Of a stretch of 64,000 bases of DNA, positions 58,012 to 64,000 are shown one piece after another. Below the pieces are notes generated by a model, which did no database searches, had not been told where the DNA came from, and was given only the letters and a program-made list of their open reading frames with translations. Numbering within the stretch: position 1 is the first letter of the stretch; the number at the start of each line of letters is the position of its first letter. Origin of the DNA: an uncultured Pseudomonadota bacterium (GTDB lineage: Bacteria > Vulcanimicrobiota > Vulcanimicrobiia > Eremiobacterales > Eremiobacteraceae); contig CAVTNB010000001.1 in NCBI GenBank assembly GCA_963736005.1, positions 1,152,001 through 1,216,000 on the forward strand, written 5' to 3'. The position numbers were made by a program, and so were the translations under genes.

Positions 58012-58110
58012 TGTAGCAGCGCACCTTCAGGTGCGCTTTCACTCAAGCGGACCTAAAGGTCCGCTGCTACATTATGTTGCCAGCGCGAGCCCTAAAGGTC
58101 CGTTACTACA
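58012..58110. repeat. Inverted pair of family A REPs (REPIN-like) plus a third degenerate copy
   Basis: TGTAGC-AGCGCACCTTCAGGTGCGCT (58012-58037), 8-nt spacer, AGCGGACCTAAAGGTCCGCT-GCTACA (58046-58071), then CCTAAAGGTCCGTTACTACA ending at 58110. Confidence 0.85.
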
Positions 58111-58129
58111 CCGCCTCTAAAACGCGGGT

Positions 58130-59404
58130 ATGCTCGATAAGGCTCTTATTCGCGAGCATCCTGACCTTGTTCGCCGCTCCCTGCGGCGTCGCGGGCTATC
58201 CGACGCAGCTGTAGACGAATTTCTTGCCCTCGACGAACGATGGCGAAAAGCAGTGACGACGGTCGATCGCCTCAAGGCCGAGCGCAATCGTATCTCCGGA
58301 GAGTTTGCCAAAGCGAAGTCCAGCGGTGATGAGGCGCTGCGCGTGCTTCGAGAACAATCAACGTCGCTTGGCAACGAGATCGAAGTCGGCGAGCATGAGG
58401 CTGCTGAATTAGATCGAAAAGCAAGCGATCTGCTGGCGGGGTTGCCGAATATTCTCGCCGACGACGTGCCCGACGGAGCGGATGCCAGCGCCAATGTCGA
58501 ACTGCGCCGCTTTGGGGAACCGCCAAAATTCTCATTCGATCCCAAGCCGCACTGGGAGATTGGTGAACGGCTCGGCATCATCGACTTTGAGCGAGGCGTG
58601 CGGCTCGCGCGGAGCCGCTTTGTCGTGCTCGCTGGGGCCGGCGCCCGCCTGAATCGTGCGCTCATAAACTTTTTTCTCGAGCGGGACGTTGCGGCCGGCT
58701 TTTTGGAGATCATGCCGCCCATTCTTGTCAATCGTGAATCTGTGGAGGCAACCGGCCACCTCAGCAAATTCAGCGACGTTATGTTTTCTGTTGAAGACGG
58801 TGCTCTTTTCTTGTCGCCCACGGCAGAAGTGCAACTCGTCAACTTACATCGGGGTGAGATCCTCGAAGCGGACCAGCTTCCGAAGCTGTATACGGCGTAC
58901 ACGCCATGTTTTCGGGAAGAGGCAGGGGCAGCTGGAAAAGACACGCGCGGCCTCATTCGCCTTCACCAATTCGAGAAGGTTGAACTGGTCGGCATTTGCA
59001 CGGCCAAAGACGCGCCGGCAATTCACGAACGAATTACCGCACAAGCGGAAAGCTTGTTGAAGGCGTTGGAGTTGCCGTATCGCGTGGTGGTGTTGAGTTC
59101 TGGGGATACCGGCTTTGCTTCGCAAAAAACATACGACCTGGAAGTGTGGCTGCCGGGCCAAGGAGCGTACCGGGAAATTTCCTCGTGCAGCAACTGTGGC
59201 GATTTCCAAGCGCGCCGGGCATCCATCCGTTATCGATCGACGCCGAAAGGCAGACCGGAGTTTGCGTCCACGTTGAACGGGTCGGGTTTAGCGGTTGGCC
59301 GCACGATGCTTGCGGTCTTGGAGAACTATCAGCAGGAAGACGGCTCGGTGAACGTACCGAGCGTGCTCCAGAGTTATATGGACGGCCAGACCGTTATTCG
59401 ATAG
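58130..59404 (+). CDS. serS: Serine--tRNA ligase
   Basis: MLD..LIR; PTAEV; CFREEAG; RLHQFEKVE; EISSCSNC.DFQARR; TLNGSGLAVGR. Confidence 0.98.
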   Translation: MLDKALIREHPDLVRRSLRRRGLSDAAVDEFLALDERWRKAVTTVDRLKAERNRISGEFAKAKSSGDEALRVLREQSTSLGNEIEVGEHEAAELDRKASDLLAGLPNILADDVPDGADASANVELRRFGEPPKFSFDPKPHWEIGERLGIIDFERGVRLARSRFVVLAGAGARLNRALINFFLERDVAAGFLEIMPPILVNRESVEATGHLSKFSDVMFSVEDGALFLSPTAEVQLVNLHRGEILEADQLPKLYTAYTPCFREEAGAAGKDTRGLIRLHQFEKVELVGICTAKDAPAIHERITAQAESLLKALELPYRVVVLSSGDTGFASQKTYDLEVWLPGQGAYREISSCSNCGDFQARRASIRYRSTPKGRPEFASTLNGSGLAVGRTMLAVLENYQQEDGSVNVPSVLQSYMDGQTVIR

Positions 59405-59413
59405 GTGGGAGAA

Positions 59414-59440
59414 CGCGCGAATAAATTCGCGCGACTACAT
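59414..59440 (-). repeat. REP family C overlapping a stop codon
   Basis: CGCGCGAAT-AA-ATTCGCGCG-A-CTACAT. Confidence 0.75.
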
Positions 59441-60922
59441 CCACGCGCGGAGGGATTTTTTTGAGGCCTTCTTCCAGGCTTTGCGCCATGATGAGCGAGC
59501 CTCGTCTGCCGCGAGCGACTCCAGTGCGGCAAGGGTACCCGCCGCGAACATCTCTTCTCGGTCGCCTTTAATTTCGCGCAGGCGCTGCTCGACCACGACG
59601 GCATCGTGCAGCTCTCCCAGAATTCTTTGCAATCTCTGTACGCGCCGCGCGAACTGTGCGATCGGCTTGCCGCCGACCGGAACGATCGCCTCCGCGGCAT
59701 ATCGGCACCGCTTGGCCTTGATGCGAACTCGATGGAGCTGCTCGTCTTGCGCGTTGTCGTGGAGTTGGGCGATTGCCTTACAAAGCTTTTTCCAAGGGAC
59801 TTCCACCAACTGCGGCAGCACTTCAATCGCTGGCTCCGATGCGGCTTGTTCCACCCTGGGATCGGCAGCAGCGTCAACCAGTTCGTTCAGCAGATCCAGA
59901 TAGCGCTTCTCGCGCAATACTCGGGCGAGCTCAGAGCGCGCCGCATGACTCTCCTTCGCAAAGCGCTCGATCACGGCATCAACTTTCCGTACGTCTTTCA
60001 TGGACAATCTGGCTGCCCGGCGGCGCAGCCGACCTACCAAGACGTCGGCGTCGCGAACCGCGCCCAGCTCGTCCGTAAACCATTTGATCTTGGCACGAAG
60101 CGAGCGCACCCACTCTTCCCGCAAGAGCGGACCGAACGTTCGGAGATCCGAGCGCAGTTTGCGAGTAGCAACTCGTGCCTGATGCACGGCTTCGGGATCC
60201 ATGTTGAGGCGCAGCGGCGCATCGGCCCGCATCAGCATTTCGACCGACGATGCGAGGGCGTATCGAATGACATCCGAGGCTTTGCTTTGCCCATTTGGTC
60301 GGGCGCAATACAATTCTGGCGGCGCGAGCGCAGGCGCCCCAAGAGCGCGAACGCTTTTTGGCGTTTCGTCGACCGCCCCCGCGCCGGCGTCCTGCAAGCT
60401 GCGTCGAAAGCCCTCGAGCACCGAGGAGGGTGCCCCGTTGAGCAGTTCGACCTCGACCTCTCGAAAGCGATCGACGACTCGTCCACCGCTCATCACGCGA
60501 ACGTCGTCATCAGCGATTTCGGCAATTTCTTCTCCGGATGAACCGTGCAATCGCAAACTCTTCCGCACGGTCCGCAATCTCGCGACTGGCGCTACCGGTC
60601 GACCTCGCAAGAATGCAGCAACAAGCTCTAGCGCCTTGGCTGGCGGTTTTATCCCCTCGGCCGCGAAGGTGTGCTCGACTCTGGCAAGACTGCCATTTTC
60701 GCTGGCAGCAGGAAGCTTGAGCGTCCAGCCTTGCCCGCGGCGAAAGCGTAAACTGCAGCCCCAGCGCGTCAAGCGCAGATCGTCGGTGTCGTAGTAGACG
60801 GTTGAGAGTTTGTGCGCTTGGATGGGTGAAGCCGAAAAACCATCGACGCCATCAGCCAAAACACTGAGGTCGAAGCGGCGTGGCGCTTGCAGTTTGATTT
60901 CTTGCTCGATGTGAACGGACAT
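59435..60922 (-). CDS. CYTH + CHAD domain protein (triphosphate tunnel / polyphosphate-binding)
   Basis: EQEIK; YYDT.D.RL; LR.R; WTLK; EVEVE; CHAD VHQARVATRKLR, LHRVRIKAKRCRY, LGELHD. Confidence 0.9.
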   Translation of the reverse strand: MSVHIEQEIKLQAPRRFDLSVLADGVDGFSASPIQAHKLSTVYYDTDDLRLTRWGCSLRFRRGQGWTLKLPAASENGSLARVEHTFAAEGIKPPAKALELVAAFLRGRPVAPVARLRTVRKSLRLHGSSGEEIAEIADDDVRVMSGGRVVDRFREVEVELLNGAPSSVLEGFRRSLQDAGAGAVDETPKSVRALGAPALAPPELYCARPNGQSKASDVIRYALASSVEMLMRADAPLRLNMDPEAVHQARVATRKLRSDLRTFGPLLREEWVRSLRAKIKWFTDELGAVRDADVLVGRLRRRAARLSMKDVRKVDAVIERFAKESHAARSELARVLREKRYLDLLNELVDAAADPRVEQAASEPAIEVLPQLVEVPWKKLCKAIAQLHDNAQDEQLHRVRIKAKRCRYAAEAIVPVGGKPIAQFARRVQRLQRILGELHDAVVVEQRLREIKGDREEMFAAGTLAALESLAADEARSSWRKAWKKASKKSLRAWM

Positions 60923-61018
60923 AACTCGCTTACAATGGTCGAAGAGGGACTCTAAGTCTTCGAGACAAGCTGGGGTCGTAACTCCTTGCTGCAATCGGCC
61001 GTGCGTTCGGGCGAGCTT

Positions 61019-61045
61019 GGGGCGATTTTCCAATCGCCCCCTACA
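61019..61045 (-). repeat. REP family B
   Basis: GGGGCGATT-TTCC-AATCGCCCC-CTACA. Confidence 0.85.
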
Positions 61046-61053
61046 ATTCGGCC

Positions 61054-62343
61054 TTAAAGGTCCGCGGACACGTTGTCAATGCCTTGACCGAGCATGTCTG
61101 CGGTGATCAGCGTAATGCCGCCCTCCGTTCTGTAGAAGCGCTTGCCATCTTCTGCTGGATCGACGCCAACAACAAGTCCTTCGGGCAATTGGCAGCCCTT
61201 GTCGATGACCGCCCGCCGAACGAAGCAATGCCGCGCGATATTCACGTTGGGCAGTATGACCGAATCTTCAACTCGACTAAACGAGTTCACGCGCACGTTG
61301 GAAAAAAGGAGCGAGCTTTGCACGTGGGCACCAGAAATAATACATCCGCCGGCGACCAGCGAGTTGATCGCGATCCCTCGACGACCTTCTTCGTCAAGAA
61401 CGAATTTCGCCGGAGGCAGTTGTTCCTGATACGTCCAGATGGGCCACTTTGCATCGTATAAATTCAGTTCTGGCACGACGTGGGTGAGATCCATATTTGC
61501 TTCCCAGTAGGCGTCCACCGTACCAACATCACGCCAATAAACCGAGCTTGCAATGCCACCGAGACTTGCCGGTCCGAATCGATGTGCGACCGCTTTGTGA
61601 TGGGCAACGATGTGAGGGATGACGTCGCGCCCGAAATCGTGGGTCGATTCCAAATCCGCTGCATCGCGATCGAGTTGCTTGTACATAAAATGTGCGTTGA
61701 AGCAGTAGATGCCCATGCTGGCTAAAGCGCGATCGTCTTTGTCCGGCATTGGAATCGGGTCTGGGCTCTTCTCTGCAAACTCCGTAATGCGATTGTGGGC
61801 ATCGATCTTCATGGTGCCAAGCGAGGTGGCTGCGCCGCGCGGCACTTCGAAGCTGCCCACCGTCACGTCGGCGCCGCTTTGGACGTGCTGGACGAGCATC
61901 TGACCATAATCCATTTTATACACGTGATCGCCCGCCAACACCAAGACGTGCTCCGGATTGTGCGCTCGAATGATGTCCAGATTTTGGAGGATGGCGTTCG
62001 CCGTGCCCGTGTACCAGGATTCCTCTTCTAAGCGCTGCGACGCCGGCATGAGCTCGACGAATTCTTCGAACTCACCGCGCAGGAAGCCCCAGCCTCGCTG
62101 GATGTGACGCATGAGGCTGTGCGCTTTATATTGTGTAACAACGCCAATGCGTCTGATGCCGGAGTTGATGCAGTTCGAAAGCGGAAAGTCGATGATGCGA
62201 AACTTGCCGCCAAAGGGCACCGCGGGCTTGGCGCGCCACTGCGTGAGATGTTTCAAGCGCGAGCCCCGGCCGCCAGCCAAAACAAGCGCCAGCGTTCCTT
62301 TGGTAAGCAAACTAACGTAACGCGAGGTTTCAGATGAGGACAT
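61054..62343 (-). CDS. glgC: Glucose-1-phosphate adenylyltransferase
   Basis: [51 protein letters not shown]. Confidence 0.97.
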   Translation of the reverse strand: MSSSETSRYVSLLTKGTLALVLAGGRGSRLKHLTQWRAKPAVPFGGKFRIIDFPLSNCINSGIRRIGVVTQYKAHSLMRHIQRGWGFLRGEFEEFVELMPASQRLEEESWYTGTANAILQNLDIIRAHNPEHVLVLAGDHVYKMDYGQMLVQHVQSGADVTVGSFEVPRGAATSLGTMKIDAHNRITEFAEKSPDPIPMPDKDDRALASMGIYCFNAHFMYKQLDRDAADLESTHDFGRDVIPHIVAHHKAVAHRFGPASLGGIASSVYWRDVGTVDAYWEANMDLTHVVPELNLYDAKWPIWTYQEQLPPAKFVLDEEGRRGIAINSLVAGGCIISGAHVQSSLLFSNVRVNSFSRVEDSVILPNVNIARHCFVRRAVIDKGCQLPEGLVVGVDPAEDGKRFYRTEGGITLITADMLGQGIDNVSADL

Positions 62344-62411
62344 AGCCCCTCGTTCTGCGGCAAGAGGAAAGGGGACGCCCATGTTCTCTCAAACAGCGCT
62401 TATCACCGCCT

Positions 62412-64000
62412 ATGATGAGCCATGATGAACTAAAGCGTTTTCATGCTGGCCGGCTTCTGGATGCATATCGCACGCTAGGCTCCCATTGTGGGCACCTCGA
62501 GGGGCAGCCCGGCGTTTGGTTTTCCACCTGGGCGCCCAATGCGCGGCGCGCCAGCGTCGTCGCGGACTTCAATACGTGGGATGGTCGCCGCCACCCCATG
62601 CAACGGCTGGATCGGGGCGGCGTCTGGCAGGTCTTCATCCCCGGCGTCGAGGCGGGTGCGCAATACAAGTTCGAATTCGAGCATGCCGAAACTGGGAAGC
62701 TTGTCATTAAGACGGATCCCTACGCGCAAGCGTTTGTCACCCAAGCGAATACAAACGCACGAGTCATCCCACCAAGCACGCACACGTGGCGAGATGCAAT
62801 GTGGTTGGAGCGAAGGCGCGACTGGCGCTGGCGTGAGGAGCCTATCAACATCTATGAGGTGCACCTCGGGTCTTGGTGCCGCAGCAAAGACGGCTCGTTC
62901 CTTTCTTACGCTAGACTTGGCCAAGAACTCGCCTCTTATGCTCGCGACCGCCACTACACGCACATCGAGCTGCTGCCGGTGTTCGAGCATCCGCTCGACG
63001 AGTCGCTTGGTTACCAGGTGACGGGGTACTTTGCTCCCTCAAGCCGCTTTGGGACCCCTGATGATTTCCGTTCGTTTGTCGATACGTGTCACGAAGCTGG
63101 CGTCGGCATCATCTTGGATTGGGTACCGCTCCACTTCCCGAAAGACTTTTGGGGGCTTAGCGAATTCGATGGCGGTCCGCTCTACGAGCGGGCCGATCCG
63201 GCGATGGCAGAGCATCCGGAGTGGCACACGCTCATCTTCAACTACGGTCGACCCGAAGTTCGCAATTTCTTGCTTGCCAACGCCCTGTACTGGCTTTTAG
63301 AGTTTCACGTTGACGGGTTGCGGGTCGACGCGGTTTCTTCCATGCTGTACTTGGACGACGCTCGGCTCGGGAAGCACTGGCAGCCAAACCCCCTCGGCGG
63401 CCGCGAAAACCTGCCCGCGGTAAAGTTCTTGCGAGAGATGAACGCACAGATAGCACAGCTTGTGCCGGATGCGCTGACGATCGCCGAAGAGTCAACATCC
63501 TGGCCGTCGGTTTCCCAGCCGGCTACGCGCGGTGGTCTCGGGTTTTCGATGAAGTGGAACATGGGCTGGGTTCACGATACGCTCGAGTATCTTGGCTTGC
63601 CGTGGATCGAACGGCCTGCGCATCACAAAGACCTCACGTTCGAGCGGCTGTACGCAAGGAAGGAGCATTTTGTGCTCGCGCTCTCGCACGACGAAAGCGC
63701 GCCACGCAATGGCTCGCTTCTCTCGCACATGTACGGAAGCGACGAGCAGAAGTTCGCGGGCTTGCGTTTGCTCTTTACGTTTCAAACCACATATCCAGGC
63801 AAGAAGCTCAACTTTATGGGCAATGAGTTTGCTCAACGTGAAGACTGGGATCCGACGATGCAACTCCATTGGGAGGCACTCGCCAGCCCGCCTCATCGGC
63901 AGGTCGCCGCGGCGGTCAGCGATTTGGGAGCTCTGTACGGGAAGCTACCGGCCCTCTACGCAGGCGATTTTGACGCCGCGGCCTTTCGCTGGCTCGATCC
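62412..64000 (+). CDS. glgB: 1,4-alpha-glucan branching enzyme (3' truncated by window)
   Basis: Manual translation from ATG 62412: WAPNA..., DPYA, IYEVHLGSW, GYQVTGYF, DWVP.HFP, DGLRVDAVSSMLY, IAEEST, KWNMGW, LSHDE; not in the ORF track, presumably because no stop occurs in the window. Confidence 0.95.
   Translation, partial: MMSHDELKRFHAGRLLDAYRTLGSHCGHLEGQPGVWFSTWAPNARRASVVADFNTWDGRRHPMQRLDRGGVWQVFIPGVEAGAQYKFEFEHAETGKLVIKTDPYAQAFVTQANTNARVIPPSTHTWRDAMWLERRRDWRWREEPINIYEVHLGSWCRSKDGSFLSYARLGQELASYARDRHYTHIELLPVFEHPLDESLGYQVTGYFAPSSRFGTPDDFRSFVDTCHEAGVGIILDWVPLHFPKDFWGLSEFDGGPLYERADPAMAEHPEWHTLIFNYGRPEVRNFLLANALYWLLEFHVDGLRVDAVSSMLYLDDARLGKHWQPNPLGGRENLPAVKFLREMNAQIAQLVPDALTIAEESTSWPSVSQPATRGGLGFSMKWNMGWVHDTLEYLGLPWIERPAHHKDLTFERLYARKEHFVLALSHDESAPRNGSLLSHMYGSDEQKFAGLRLLFTFQTTYPGKKLNFMGNEFAQREDWDPTMQLHWEALASPPHRQVAAAVSDLGALYGKLPALYAGDFDAAAFRWLD

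Noticed and set aside
58001..58130. T-box riboswitch upstream of serS
   Set aside because: The spacer is only ~130 nt, is filled by REPs and has no T-box consensus
1..64000. Transposase, integrase, prophage or defence genes
   Set aside because: No ORF with recognisable DDE, HUH, recombinase, phage or defence motifs; any RAYT must lie outside the window

Overview
This is a gene-dense, moderately GC-rich bacterial chromosomal window. It combines Firmicutes-like housekeeping synteny (accB/accC-nusB-xseAB-tlyA-nadK, folP-folB-folK, tilS-hpt-ftsH, 3D-protein-rsmA) with diderm envelope genes (TonB/ExbBD, TonB-dependent receptor, BON, PilT). That mix suggests a diderm Terrabacteria lineage such as Eremiobacterota (inference only). 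In order it contains: the end of a Wsp/Frz-like chemosensory operon; a long minus-strand housekeeping run (nadK to mpg); an expanded TonB-ExbB-ExbD-ExbD cluster; a prepilin-like gene, a TonB-dependent receptor and two paralogous lipoproteins; glycosyltransferases; two M16-like proteins; ftsH-hpt-tilS-smpB; moeA, pilT, serS, CYTH-CHAD, glgC and a partial glgB. No rRNA, tRNA, CRISPR array or transposase was recognised. Most notable: (1) several apparent pseudo-enzymes in positions normally held by active ones: an AccB lacking the biotinylated Lys, a degenerate FolK fused to a SAM methyltransferase, and two M16 peptidases that both lack HxxEH; (2) a leaderless gene for a degenerate RNase H-fold protein, with a perfect LexA (Cheo) box in its promoter spacer; (3) about 20 GTAG-tagged REP palindromes in four families, several translated in-frame inside proteins. 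Several genes carry single-base indels that look like sequencing errors.
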